A program made the position numbers and the translations under genes. A model generated the notes under the pieces. It saw only the letters and a program-made list of their open reading frames with translations, ran no database searches and had not been told where the DNA came from. Shown here one piece after another: positions 36,972 through 49,639 of a stretch of 64,000 bases of DNA (position 1 is the stretch's first letter; the number at the start of each line of letters is the position of its first letter). Source of the stretch: Octopus bimaculoides (taxonomy: Eukaryota); NCBI RefSeq assembly GCF_001194135.2, contig NC_068991.1, forward strand, positions 75,347,177-75,411,176. Direction: 5' to 3'.

Positions 36972-37265
36972 GTCACGGTATTGACCAGGCTATGGGATGT
37001 TGTTATACATCACTGGTCACAATGCCCTTCGCATCGAGTTAGCTTTCGAACGATGTCACCTTGCTCACTTGGCAAGCAAGCCAACATTCCCCACGATCGG
37101 AAGGTTATTCTGTCACAGAGTGACCCATTTGCAGCTGAGTGGACTGGGTCAACGTGAAATGAAGCGTCTTGCTCAAACACCCAACCGGTCCGGGAATCGA
37201 ACTCACGATCTTTCAATCGTTAGAGTGCGACACTCTTAACCACAATACCACGCGCGCCCTCACAC
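36972..37265 (-). mobile_element. tRNA-derived CORE-like SINE with its own tail
   Basis: Minus strand GGCGCGTGGTATTGTGGTTAAG...GAGTTCGATTCC, then TTGAGCAAGACGCTTCATTTCACGTTGACCCAGTCCACTCAGCTGCAAATGGG. Confidence 0.7.
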
Positions 37266-37479
37266 ATCATGCTTTTATATATATATATATATATATAAAA
37301 ACACATATATATATACACATGTATGTATGTGTGCGTGTGTGTATGTTTATGTGTCTATATATGAATACATATGTACATATGTGATATATGCGTATATTTT
37401 TGCATACCTATATATACGTATGTATGTGTGTATATACACACACACATATATATATATACGCACACACACACACTTATAC

Positions 37480-37520
<41 letters not shown>

Positions 37521-38088
37521 CACTCACACACACTTACCTATGTGGACATATATGTATATATGTATGTGTGTGAATATATACATACATGTATGCGTGTGGA
37601 GTGGTTTGTGTTAGAAAGAAGGAAAGGAAGAAAGAAAGAAAGAACGAAAGAAAGAAGAAAAAGACAGGTTTGGTTTTGCTTCGTACGTGTGAGAGCCTTA
37701 CAGCATGATTCCTTCGTGTATTAAACACAGAATCTCACATGTTTATTCATTGTATATGAATGTAAATGTAAACATAGAAACTATGCGATATCATAATCTT
37801 TCTATTTTGGCTAATCGGAATTTCTATTGACAGCGTATTGATTCTAAAACCTCCACGTTTAGGGAAGAAGTATTCTTACGTTCAATGCCAGATGTTGTAC
37901 ATCAACATGTCGGTCGTAAAAAGGTAGTATTAAAGGAAGAAAATAATAGATATTCAAAATATTTGATTCAGGCATATTTTTTTGCTTTGTGTTTAACCCC
38001 ACGTTTACTCTGGTTAAGCAAAACTTTATGATCTAAGGCATTCTAATCATGGCTATCTCGTATTATTATTTTCAAACACAGTTTATAT

Positions 38089-38471
38089 GTTGTTGGCACT
38101 CCGTCGCTTACGACGTTGAGGGTTCCAGTTGATCCAATCAACGGAACAGACTGCTCGTGAAATTAACGTGCAAGTGGCTGAGCACTCCACAGACACGTGT
38201 ACCCTTAACGTAGTTCTCGGAGATATTCAGCGTGACACAGTGTGACAAGGCTGGCCCTTTGAAATACAGGTACAACAGAAACAGGAAGTAAGAGTGAGAG
38301 AAAGTAGTGGTGAAAGAGTACAGCAGGGTTCGCCACCATCCCCTGCCGGAGCCTCGTGGAGCTTTTAAGTGTTTTCGCTCAATAAACACTCACAACGCCC
38401 GGTCTGGGAATCGAAACCGCGATCCTATGACCGCGAGTCCGCTGCCCTAATCACTGGGCCATTGCGCCTCC
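38089..38471 (-). mobile_element. Family D SINE, full length with TSD
   Basis: TSD ACACAGTTTATAT at 38076-38088 and 38472-38484. Confidence 0.93.
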
Positions 38472-38930
38472 ACACAGTTTATATAAGACTACGTTAAACA
38501 ATGTTTACCAATTTTTTTAAAGACAATAGTGTAGCTTAAAGGAGATTTGATTGTTATTTCTTGCATGTCCTGTGGCCACACGGTGCACCTTCGTTAGTTC
38601 ATTGAATCAGATTGTTTTTTGTTTCCCCTTTTTCTTCCTTTGGTAGGACTACACTGGGAGCTCCGCTTCTATGGTTTCGGCCCATCTAAGAACTTGAATT
38701 AACTGTTGTTGGTTGACAATTAGATTAATTGTCCTAGAATAGTTATTTAATTTTACTTATTTAATCACTATAAACGTTCGTGAAATGTTGGTGCGGTCCC
38801 GTGAATTTTTCGACGGGAGGGCACAAGGTCAGTAGGGAATACAATTCTAGGAGAAAAGGGCGTAATAACATTATTTAAAAGTGCGCATTTCTTTTCTTGA
38901 AGGGAGCACATGCCCCTTAGCACCCCACTT

Positions 38931-39484
38931 GGATCTTTTTTAAAACGGGGGCCACATTTTTCATTAACGAAACACTTTGAAACTTGGAACACTGGTAGAA
39001 TGTGTCATATAAAACATCTTTTTCTCTTAGTCTTCTTAAAAAAAAAGAAATCCATAAATTATTCCATGTTAAAGTTGTCGTATTTCTGTAATTTCAACCA
39101 ATCACTGACGTCCATTCAGCCGATATACATTAAGTGCCGACTACATAAACAAACGATTCTGAAACAATTAACCCTAACTCTAACCCTAACCCTAGGGTTA
39201 GGGTTAGGGTTAAAGCAAATTTAAAATGAAAAAAAGCAAATAAAACGAAGAATCGTTTGTTTATGTAGTCGGCACTTGAGGTATATCGGCTGAATGGACG
39301 TCAGTGATTGGTTGAAATTATCGAAATAAGACAATTTTTTACATGAAATAAATTCGAATACAAAAATATTTTTCTGTTCTATAACACAAAATAGATAAGT
39401 ATACGAAGTTTGAAAGTCTTTCGGTACCAAAAACACTACGTAAAACATTAATGAAAAATGTGGCCCCCGTTTTAAAAAAGATCC
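38931..39484. mobile_element. MITE with perfect 37-bp TIRs and 8-bp TSD (Merlin- or hAT-like), central telomere-repeat palindrome
   Basis: TIR GGATCTTTTTTAAAACGGGGGCCACATTTTTCATTAA at both ends. TSD CCCCACTT at 38923-38930 and 39485-39492. Second inverted pair at about 39090-39160 and 39250-39320. Confidence 0.9.
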
Positions 39485-39762
39485 CCCCACTTGGGTCCAC
39501 CCCAGATATAGCTTCGTATTTAAGACGTATTAAATACAAGAAATATGTATAATGGTAGTGCTGGTGGTGGTGATCTCTTACTCATTAATTCGGGAGCAGT
39601 TAATTCGAAACAGAATTATCGATTCCTTACCTTCGATCGACGATGAAAATTCAGCTGAATAAACTGAATATTCCACACATTCGCGCGTAACTTTAATGTA
39701 ATTCCCGGGTAGAGTCGGGGTGACAAGACAAGTTATCTGTATCCGATTTTCATTCGCAAAAG

Positions 39763-39972
39763 GCGGCGAGCTGGCAGAAACGTTAGCACGCCGGACGAAA
39801 TGCTTAGCAGTATTTCGTCTGTCTTTGTTCTGAGTTCAAATTCCGCCGAGGTCGACATTGTCTTTCATCATTTCGGAGTCGATAGATTAAGTACCAGTTT
39901 CGTACTGGGGTCGATCTAATCGACTGGCCTCTTCACCCAAAATTTCGGGCCTTGTGCCTAGAGTAGAAAAGG
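39763..39972 (+). mobile_element. Family C SINE, CpG-intact
   Basis: GGCGGCGAGCTGGCAGAAACGTTAGCACGCCGG...GAGTTCAAATTCCGCCGAGG. Confidence 0.87.
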
Positions 39973-41287
39973 ATTTTCACTCGCAGCGTATCGGTCGACT
40001 GGTAGCTGTAAAAAAAAAAATGATATTTGTTCAAGAAGTCATGGAATGGTTTTGAACCTGTGACCACCAACTTCTTAACCATTCAGCCTACTGAATGAAG
40101 TAACCAACTAGAAAGGTGAAACTAAAATTGATAAATAACAAAATTTTTCTGCTAAGTCTGTTTGTTGCCTCTATGAATTGGAAGATCATATTTATGGTCG
40201 ATGGATCTTTGAAAATAAATTGCACCTCCAACCTTGGCTGCCATATTAAGACAGGTTTTAAAATGTCCTCTCTCACTCTTTCACTGATAATTTTTGCATT
40301 GGAACAGATAATGCCACGAGGTTTCTGAATAATCTCTACAATACCATAAAGGTGATTCCATACGACCTGTTACATTTGCTTATCTCTCGTTTGATTATTG
40401 GCAACTCATTTTTATTTTATGTTTATACGTTTTAGCGAGCATCACACTGCTACTTTTAATTAAGCTTCATAGATACGTCGTTTCCGCCCCCCCCCCTTTT
40501 TTTTCTTCTGGTTTTTGGTTTTAATATAAGGTGAGGTTGGCTACGTCGAATTATTCGAACGTGTAAGGCAAAACCCGAACTTACAAATGATCTTCAAAAC
40601 ACTGTTGCAATGTTTGTTACAGCTTTTTTAAGTTCGGAAAATTGATGCACAACCCAATATCTTTTACTTCCAATGGATTTCAAGTACGTAGCACCGCTCG
40701 TATCATAGATTCCCAATGACAAAAATCGAACATGTTGTAGGGAGAACAATTGATGGTTTATTTCTAAACGCTAGTGCTGAAAAGCTGGTAATTTTAGGAG
40801 AAAAAAGCAAAATCGTTCACAGGTTACTGAAAAATTGAAATATATTCCATTAAATCAAAGAGGCATGATTACAAGCTTATCGTGTATGTACTTAATGTAC
40901 ACCAAACTATAGAATCTTTAAAGAAGAGAAAACATTCCTACGCATTTCTTCTTTAATAAAAGCTGTTGTGACATCGCAGTTTTGTTTCCATTATTTAGTT
41001 CCTGATAGCTACTCTCGTGTCATGATAAATCGGCTTCATATAAATGAATAATGGTTTGCACAATAAAAACTCCCCACCAATTCTTTGTTGATTTGGTAGA
41101 ACCAAAACCCCGATAGAGTTTGTAAAATTAATCGATTTATAATAATAGTTGTTTATGGCGCCAGTAGCAAGGGCCAGAAGGGATTTACACACAAAATACT
41201 TAAACGGAAAAATAGGAATACGACCTTTACATACACAGGACCTGAGAATGAAAATTCAAAATATCATCCAGAGAATGTTCTCGACAG

Positions 41288-41452
41288 GCGTAAGCGTGGC
41301 TGTGTGGTTAAGACGCTTACTGCCCAATCGTGTGGTCTTGGGTTCAGGTCACTGACCTGCACCTTTTGCAAATGTCTTCTTGTATATTCTCGAGCCGACC
41401 AAAGCCTCGTAGGTGGATTTGATGCACGGAACCTGAAAGAAACACTTTGTGC

Positions 41453-41486
<34 letters not shown>

Positions 41487-41665
41487 TCCTCACCATCGGT
41501 TGACAACTGCTGTTGGTTTCTTTACATCCCCGTAACATAACGGTTCGGCAAAAGAATTCCAATAAAATAAATACCAGACTGAAAAAAAAAAAAACCTACT
41601 AGGATCGATTTGTTCGACCATACTAAAAGCGGTGCATCTGAATGACTGCAGTCCAATGACTGAAT
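41288..41665 (+). mobile_element. Family B SINE
   Basis: Head, (TG)n and tail. A further diverged copy lies at 42248-42588. Confidence 0.78.
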
Positions 41666-43440
41666 CCAGCGAAAGACAACTAAAGTCATTGAAAGAATTA
41701 ATCTATTGGACAATATGCGCCGGTTATATGCGAACAGTTTCCAGTAAATTAATAAGTAGATAGTATTTATATCCATCATATGAGGTTTGGCATTATCCAT
41801 TTTTTTTATATAGATAATGTCAAACCTCGTATGATGGATACAGAACTAAATGTAATCGAAGGCAATGTCAAAGAAAGATGGAATCTATAGTTAAAATGAT
41901 GTCACCCTTTAAATAGTCTTAACCTAAATTCCATTTTGTATTGGATTTCTTTGACTCTATTCAGTTTTTACAGCATCAGATGTCGATGTGAAATATGCAC
42001 GAATTGATCGAAACCGTTAAAAACAGTTTTAATAAAATGCCAGTAGCGTAAGATAATGTTTTGTTAACATTGCAAACATCTATGGCGTATATAATGTCAA
42101 ATGGGATTAATCTATAGAAAATATTTTGATCTGAATAAAGAAAATCTTCAAAGTGAAAATTGGCTGCTAAAAAAGTATTAATTATGACCCGAAGCTATCT
42201 CAAATGCGAATAGAAAATTACAAATACAAATTAAATTATTTGAATAGGCGTATGGATGGATGCGTGGTTATGACGTTTGATTCGTAAACACAGGGCTTCG
42301 AGTTCAGTCCTACTGCGAGGCAACTCGAGCAAGTGTTGTCTACTATACAACTGGGCTGACCAATTCTTTGGAAGTGAGCATGTTTGGTGGAAACTACGTG
42401 GAAGCTTGTGTGTGTCTTTGTGCCCTGTTCCTTCTCTGCTTGACAACTGCTGTTGGTTTGTTTCCGTTGTTGTCATTTAGCCGTTCGGCATAGAGACCGA
42501 TAGAGTATCTGCGATCGAGTTGTTCGACTAACCTTACAAGGCAGTGTTCCAGCATGGCCGCAGTACAGAGACTGAAACAAGTAAAAGACTAACTATTCTT
42601 CATAATTAATTAATAAAATAACTATCTTCATTGAGTTTGTCCACTTATTTCAGGATGAATTTTCATGCATTAAATACAACACTTTTTGAAGGACGAGGGA
42701 TATAGATATTAAGAAACGCTATTCATTACAGTGCAGTCTGGAACCTGAAATCTCAAAGAAGTTATCGCTGTTTATGGCCGTTCTACTTTCTGTTTCCTCC
42801 AGAATAGAGTAACGTCTGGAGATTCGTTTGAAGCTAAGCCAGAAGTTGAAAGCTATCTAAAGCATTCAAAACAGTATAGGAACAGTGTTTTGTCAACTAC
42901 CGAGTGTCAACGAATGGACTGAAAATTCTTTTGATAATTGCTGCACAAATGTCACCTACCAAGAAATCGGAATCTCGAACATCTTTACTGATGCCAACAT
43001 CCAGCATTTCCGTGTCGAACCGATGATTGGCTATTGATAAAGAATAAATTGTATGTATATTAGTCGTGTTTATGCGTATGAGATCATCCACAACAGGTTT
43101 GGCATTATTAAAATGGTTCGCAAGATGAGTCTACAATTCCCAAACAACTCACAAAATTGCACAGACAAAATTGTTTTCAGATTTGCCTGCGACTTTTGGA
43201 TTGTTGTGTTGACAAAGGGGACGACATGGGAAAAAAAAAAAAAACTAATAATTGGTGATGATTTTTTTAAGTGCATTGAGAATAAATAAAGTCTCACAAC
43301 TCATAATATAAAATATTTGACATACACAATATATATTTTTAATTGCCTGTTAATTTTGGAGATGTTCTCTGGACGAGCGTGAACTGCTTATCCTCCTCCC
43401 GACGTCGATAAAATATGATATTAGTGAAGTACTGAGACAC

Positions 43441-43498
<58 letters not shown>

Positions 43499-44314
43499 TA
43501 CATATGTATATACATATATAATATGTACGTATACACTCATATATAAGGAGAAGGCGAGAGGGTGTTGGAGGGATAGAAAGAGAGCTATTACCATTGAAAT
43601 AATGCTGAGCCCAAGAATCTGGTTAAGAAAATTATATCTGTCTTATAGATGTCTGAAGATATTAAGTAATAACTTTTGAATCCCGAGGGAAGACATGATG
43701 ACGTGGACGGGTCGGTGTGTGGTACAGCATTTAAAGAACTAACGAAGTATACATGTTTGCGTGTTTCTATGCTTGTGCCTACGTGTGCATGCTCGCGCGC
43801 ACACTTGTCGGATAAATACGTTTGTTTTCTTGCTACTGGACACTCCATCGTCATATGTATCAAAAGAAGGAAAATTTATTTCAATTTGAAAAACGATAAA
43901 CATAAGTTGTAGAGGAAGAATAGTGCTACAAACAAAAAAAGCTTACAAAACTCTACAATAAAACATTTTTCGTGTTAATTCAAATAATATTGGAAGGGAT
44001 TAAAATAAGCGGTCAAAGAAACGAACAACTGAATATGACAACATAGGATGTAAACTGAGAAAGAAAACTGATAAATTGATCCTTTCGAGCTAAAATATCC
44101 CGTAATATTTGTTCCGTCCGAATCGCAAAAACACTTCCTTGTCACCTTCACAATCGTAAATGCACTGAAGCGCTGATTGGTCTGTTAGAAACTTGTAACG
44201 AACGACTTTATTGTTTACAATTGTTCACACGATTCAATTATAGAACGAATTCACTGCCTCGTTTAACACCATCGGCTGGTTCGTGGGTGGTTTTAGCCCA
44301 GTCTACTCTATCAC

Positions 44315-44617
44315 GTGTGAAGGTGCGTGGCTTAGTGGTCAGTTCAAGATCGTAGGGTCGTTAGTTCGATTCCTGGCGGCGCGTTGTGTCGTTGGGCAAG
44401 ACATTTTATTTCGCGTTGGCCCAGTCCACTCAGCTGGCAAAAACGAGTCGTACCTGTGATTCAAAGGCCAATCTTGTCACATAGCGTGTCATTCTGAATC
44501 TCCCCGAGAACTACGTTAAATGTACGCGTGTCTGTGGAGTGCTCAGCCACTTGCACGTTAATTTGACAAGCAGGCTGTTCCGTTGGTCAGATCAGTTGGA
44601 ACCCTCGTCCTCATAAC
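44315..44617 (+). mobile_element. CORE-like tRNA SINE that shares its 3' tail with Family D
   Basis: GTTGGGCAAGACATTTTATTTCGCGTTGGCCCAGTCCACTCAGCTGG core, then CCCCGAGAACTACGTTAA...GGAGTGCTCAGCCACTTGCACG as in Family D. Confidence 0.8.
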
Positions 44618-45289
44618 TATGTTGCGATCATTCGGGCTAGGTCTCCGGTTTGAGAATACCTGTCTCCCTTCCTCCCTACCATTCAGCAGTCTCAGAAGCC
44701 CTGTAAAGGGTCATGGCTACTGTTACTTCCACTTGATTAAAAAAAAAGATAAAAAACCCTTCGAGCCCTGGATAAAACCCTGAAGCTGAGAATTGAGCCT
44801 GAAGGTTTTTCAACTGCATTTAAAGATCGTTGACTTCCTGCTGGAAGCTTTAACGTGGAAACGTGGTTGTGTGGATAAGATGTTCACTTCGCAACCACGA
44901 TGGAAACGACCACAATCCAACAACGGCAACAAATAAAAGAATATATGTTACGTACAGAGTTGTTGATGTAGCTATTAACTACAATTATTAGCTACATCAT
45001 AGTCATGCAACTGGACACCTCTGTTATAGACAGTCATGTTTTATATAATGGAGACTAAGTTAGTCTGAAAAGTTTCACAAACAACTGGAGAGAAAGTAGT
45101 CTGGAAATATTATTGAATTAAGTTATGAAAGTTGGTAAAAATAAAATATACTTTAATTGGCTTGTCATGTCAAGTGGGCAGAAATATTATTAATAAAAGA
45201 GACTGGAGAATCTAAATATCCTCCCACGGAGACACGAGAAGTATAATGCAGAGACATAATAGTGGTCCTTTTGATAATTAACATTCCTA

Positions 45290-46110
45290 AGGCAATGAAC
45301 TGGCAGAATCTGTAGGACGCCGGGCGAAATGCTTAACGGCATTTCGCCCGTCGCTACGTTCCGAGTTCAAATTCCACCGAAGTCGACTTTGCTTTTCATC
45401 CTTTCGGGGTCGATAAAATAAGCAGTAGTTGAGCCCTAGGGTCGATGCAATTACTCCTCCTCCGAAAAGTAACATTCTTGAGGCGATGAACTGGCAGATT
45501 CGTTAGCATGCCGAGCAAAATGCTTAGCAGCATTTCGTCCGGCTTTTTACGTTCTGAGTTCAAATTCCACCGAATCTGAGGTCAACTTTGCATTTCATCC
45601 TTTCGTGGTCGATGAACAAAGTACCGGTTGTAATCGACTCATCTCCCCCACAAACTTGCTAGTCTTGTTCCAAAATTTGAAACCGGTTATAAGCATTTCT
45701 AAATTTGACCCAAAGATATAGATGATTTGAGGGAAGGGTATTTGGTCATAAATGTCATCGTCAATACTTGAGTCAAACTTTCTTCTATCGACGCCAAAGC
45801 CCGAAAGGTAAATATAATCACTGTAGGGTTTGAACTCAGAATGGTAGTAAAGGGATGCCAACAAATGTCGCCAGCAATTTGTTCGATGCACTGTTAGTTC
45901 TGCAAATTCATTATTGTTATCATAATAAAGGTGGTGAGTTGGCAGAATTTTTACTGCACCGGACAAAATGCTTTGCACCGAGGTCTTCTTAGCCTATAAT
46001 CCTTTGGGAGGGGGGTCGATAAAAAAAGTATGAGTGAAACATTGGGGACGATGCATCGTCCACTGACTCTCATCCCTGAAATTACTGGCCTTGTACCAAC
46101 AGAAGAAAAA
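45290..46110. mobile_element. Cluster of four Family C SINE fragments (+,+,-,+)
   Basis: Repeated CTGGCAGAA..GTTAGCA..CCG...AAATGCTT...GAGTTCAAATTCC heads. Confidence 0.72.
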
Positions 46111-46362
46111 TTTCTTGTTTTTTTTTTAATGTTTACTTATGTTTTTATGTCAAAACCCTCTGCCCCTTGCTTTTGTATAGTCCGTTTTGTTTTCTGTTCA
46201 GCCCTTGTGGCTAATAAAGAAAGGATAATAATAATAAAATAATCAGAAAAGTATCAGATAGCTGAAAAGAATAGATAGCGTGGTACGGTAGGCTGCAGGT
46301 AGTAGTAAGCCCGCTAGGCATGTAAGACTCGGGGAGCTCCAACGAAACCTGTGATAAGGAGA

Positions 46363-46397
<35 letters not shown>

Positions 46398-46405
46398 TAA
46401 TAATT

Positions 46406-46945
46406 GGCTCTCATGGCTTCTGATCTTAATTGATTGGAAGCGTCATCATGTACATTGTTTTGTCTTGGTATCACAGATGGGGTACAGCAAATATTCTACT
46501 TAATACCACAGATTTGCAAGCAGTGGCTCTCATGGCTTCTGATCTTAATTGATTGGAAGTGTTATTATGTACATTGTTTTGTCTTGGTATAACAGATGGG
46601 CTATAGCAAATATTCTGCTTAATACCACAGATTTGATGCCCGGATGCAGAACCAGGCAGTGGCTCTCATGGCTTCAGATCTTAATTGATTGGAAGTGTTA
46701 TCATGTACATTGTTTTGTCTTGGTATAACAGATGGGCTACAGTAAATATTCTGCTCAATACCACAGATTTGCTTGTCAGTTGTTTGACTTTAACCAGTTG
46801 AGCATGGTTGCTGGCGATATGTGCATCTGTGATCATGAGCAGAAGTAGTGGGGGAGCATCATCCATATGTTGAGAGGAATTCTTTGAGGTTTGAATAACT
46901 CGCCTTTGGAAACATGGGTGTTTTGCTCAACATCCTTAAACAATA
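46406..46945 (+). mobile_element. Family F repeat, 5' part with a ~110-bp head triplicated (46406, 46525, 46661)
   Basis: GGCTCTCATGGCTTCTGATCTTAATTGATTGGAAG...ACCACAGATTTG three times, starting directly after (TAA)n. Confidence 0.8.
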
Positions 46946-47071
46946 CAAATCCCCGGTAGACACAATATCTTCAATCAACAACCTCACGATATTGCATACT
47001 GTGCGACGTCTATAATAATAATAATAATAGTAATAATAATAATAATAATTCTGTGAGATGAGGTTTTAGAT

Positions 47072-47800
47072 CTTGCATGATTCTTTTTGTTACATAGTTG
47101 CTAATTTTAATTTGCTTTTTAATTTATATTGTATTTGCGAGTTTATGAAGTGGTTCTCTATCATGCACATTGGCATGCCTTACAACTGCAAGCCTATTCA
47201 GGATTTTCTGTTTCATTTCTTTCTGTGTTCTTCAGCAAATATGTGGTCTTCAAATACTGTTTCTTTACCACTTTCGTCACTATCGTTATCAGGTTCATTA
47301 CATTTTATTTCTTCAGACATTTGCATGTTCTGGTCAGATGGCGGTCTTTCAGTTGAGACTCGTGGAGGGTTGTTCTCTTCGTCTGATTCTTTATTTCCTT
47401 TCTGTTTTATATCCAAGTCATTCTCCGATGCGTGCCTGAACGCGGTTAATCCGCTATCAGTGAGTTTATCATTTCTAAAGATAACCCTCCTAATATTTGC
47501 TAACTTGTTTTTGTCCAAATATCGTCTGCTGTCTTTATTTCGTATTCTCCATATTTGATACGAGTGTGCAGCATGTTTCTTTTCTGAAGGGCTACCTAAT
47601 AAGCGTAGTAATAAGCGTATATTACTCCATGAGTCCTTTCGATTCTCTTACAGTTCTCTTTCTGTGGTGGCTTTTTTGGTGAATTTGGAGGGATCGAGTT
47701 GGGGAAGTTCCCGTTCAAGAGATTATCCAGGTTTGTATTCAGAGAAAAGTTTGTGTCAGTGGATGATTTTTTGACCCCAGGCTGGATGCGCTTCGAACTT
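47072..47800 (-). pseudogene. N-terminal region of an R4/Dong-clade ORF
   Basis: Minus strand ..IYAYYYA../YQIWRIRNKDSRRYLDKNKLANIRRVIFRNDKLTD../REPLHKL, resembling the R4 N-terminal domain as recalled. Confidence 0.6.
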
Positions 47801-48799
47801 ATCCATAGGAAAAGCGATTCGGTGTACTGTTGTAGTTTTCGTTTTTGTTACGTAAGATGTTTTTGTGCTACATTAAAATCATTAGTATTTGAGTCCCGTG
47901 TCCAAGATGAAGAGACGGTTATAATATCTGCTACTACTGTCAACTCCGCCATTATTACTGTTATGTTTACTTCCAGCTTACTGTTATAGCAGCAGTGGAC
48001 GTCGTTAGTTAGCACCAATACCGCCATGGCCTGTATCACTGCAGTCAGCCTTTATAACCATGGTAACAGGGTAGCGGTAATCATCGTTGTTATGAGCTGC
48101 TGCAGAATTCATTTAAGTCTGCCATCTTTGCTCCTGCTACTGAGTAATGTTAAAGGTTTATAGTTTCGACGTTTATCTTGTACTTGAGATAATCGTAAAT
48201 GCGTGAGGGATAGATGGATAGCAGGAGGAAGATAAGTAGCTTGGTAAAAAACACAGCCTAATACCAGGAGTCTGTGAACAAGTTCAACAGATGGTGACAA
48301 GATCAACAAGGGATCTGGCTTACACAAAAGGAGCGAGTAATCTCTACAGCAGATGTTAAATATGTGTTTACTACCAAAGTGACCTTGAAAGAAACAAATC
48401 ACTTTCTTCCGTTTTAAGTACTGATAGTATATATGTACACACACACACACACACACACACTGAAATTTACACCGTTGATTTTTTTTCTTTCTATAGGTTT
48501 TGTTGTGACTTACAGTTTTCGTAATTGGGCAGTTTGTAAATATTGACAGTTGCTTATCTCTTGTATTTTTTTATTTTTCAGTTTTTGGAGAGCGTTTGGA
48601 GGAGCTGCACTTTTTTTCCAGGATACGAAGGAGCGTGTTAGAGACGCTAGAAGAAATTAAAAGATTATGTATTCAGAGAGTTACTTATTTTGAAATTGCT
48701 AAAGTTAGACAATCGAGGGTGTTTAATGGTGTTTTTGCAATAAAAAGAGACGTTCACATATTCGAATAGTCATGGAGAAAGGAAAGATTAAATATTCAC

Positions 48800-49312
48800 A
48801 CAAAAAAAGTGCCGATACTGCAACGATGAGATTGAAACAGTAAACCACCTAATCTCTGGGTGTAAGGTTTTAGCACCAGTAGAGTATAAATGAAGACATG
48901 ACAGAATTGGTCAATATATAAGCAGGTTAATATGTCGGCATTATAAAATCAAAACTGCTGACAAATGGTACAAACACCACCCTGACGCTGTAACTGAGGG
49001 AGAAAATGTAACAATTCTTTGAGACTTCCCAGTATGTACAGGTCGGACCATTAAGGCAAATAAACCAGATATTGTTGTGAAAGACCAAAACAATAAAGTC
49101 TGTTTATTGATTGACATGAGTATGCCCTGTGACCATCATATCTCGGCAAAAGAATTTGATAAGCTCAGAAAATATAAAGATCTGCTAATCGAAATTGAAA
49201 GGATGCGGCATCTCAAGACGGTTACAATACCAATGATTGTAGGAGCACTTGGAATGATCAGAAAAGGAACTGAAAATTATTTGAGAATGATCCCTGGTTT
49301 ACCATCCATGCA
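48800..49312 (+). pseudogene. R4/Dong-clade C-terminus: CCHC knuckle and restriction-like endonuclease
   Basis: KCRYCNDEIETVNHLISGCKVLAPVEYK*RHD...NKPDIVVKDQNNKVCLLIDMSMPCD...KYKDL...IVGALG. Confidence 0.88.
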
Positions 49313-49322
49313 GGATAATTCA

Positions 49323-49580
49323 CCTCTGGAAACATAGGCGTTTCGTTCAACATCCTTAAACAACCCTTATTCAGGGACCTTCTGAGAGGGATGGGCTACT
49401 CGGCCTAAAGAAAATTCTAACTGGGCCACACCTGCAAGGTGATGCGCTGTTTATCTTGAAATAAGATCACCATGTCGCGCACATATGGTTGTGATGCCTG
49501 TGCCTGGTGTACCCTTATCAGACGGGTAGTCATGATGGGTATAGTGGGCATCGTATATTTTACCCCGGTGTCATTTTGAT
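49323..49580 (+). mobile_element. Family F repeat, 3' part
   Basis: Overlaps the end of 46406-46945 (TGGAAACA..GG.G.TT.G.TCAACATCCTTAAACAA) and ends TTTTACCCCGGTGTCATTTTGAT, matching 20238-20280. Confidence 0.65.
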
Positions 49581-49639
49581 AATATCAGGCTTGTGTAGGA
49601 TGTAAGATTGCAAAGATTAAGCACTATACAAGAAACTGA

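Noticed and set aside
43960-44310. CpG-containing unique region with a CCAAT box (GATTGG) as a possible promoter
   Set aside because: CpG retention is general after 36 kb and I found no associated exon on either strand.
46406-46771. Three direct repeats that could suggest a CRISPR-like array
   Set aside because: Eukaryotic context, ~110-bp units, only two short related linkers. It is a tandem duplication of a repeat head.
46840-46862. GTAGTGGGGGA resembling the U1 snRNA 3' region
   Set aside because: Only about 11 nt match, with no other U1 features.
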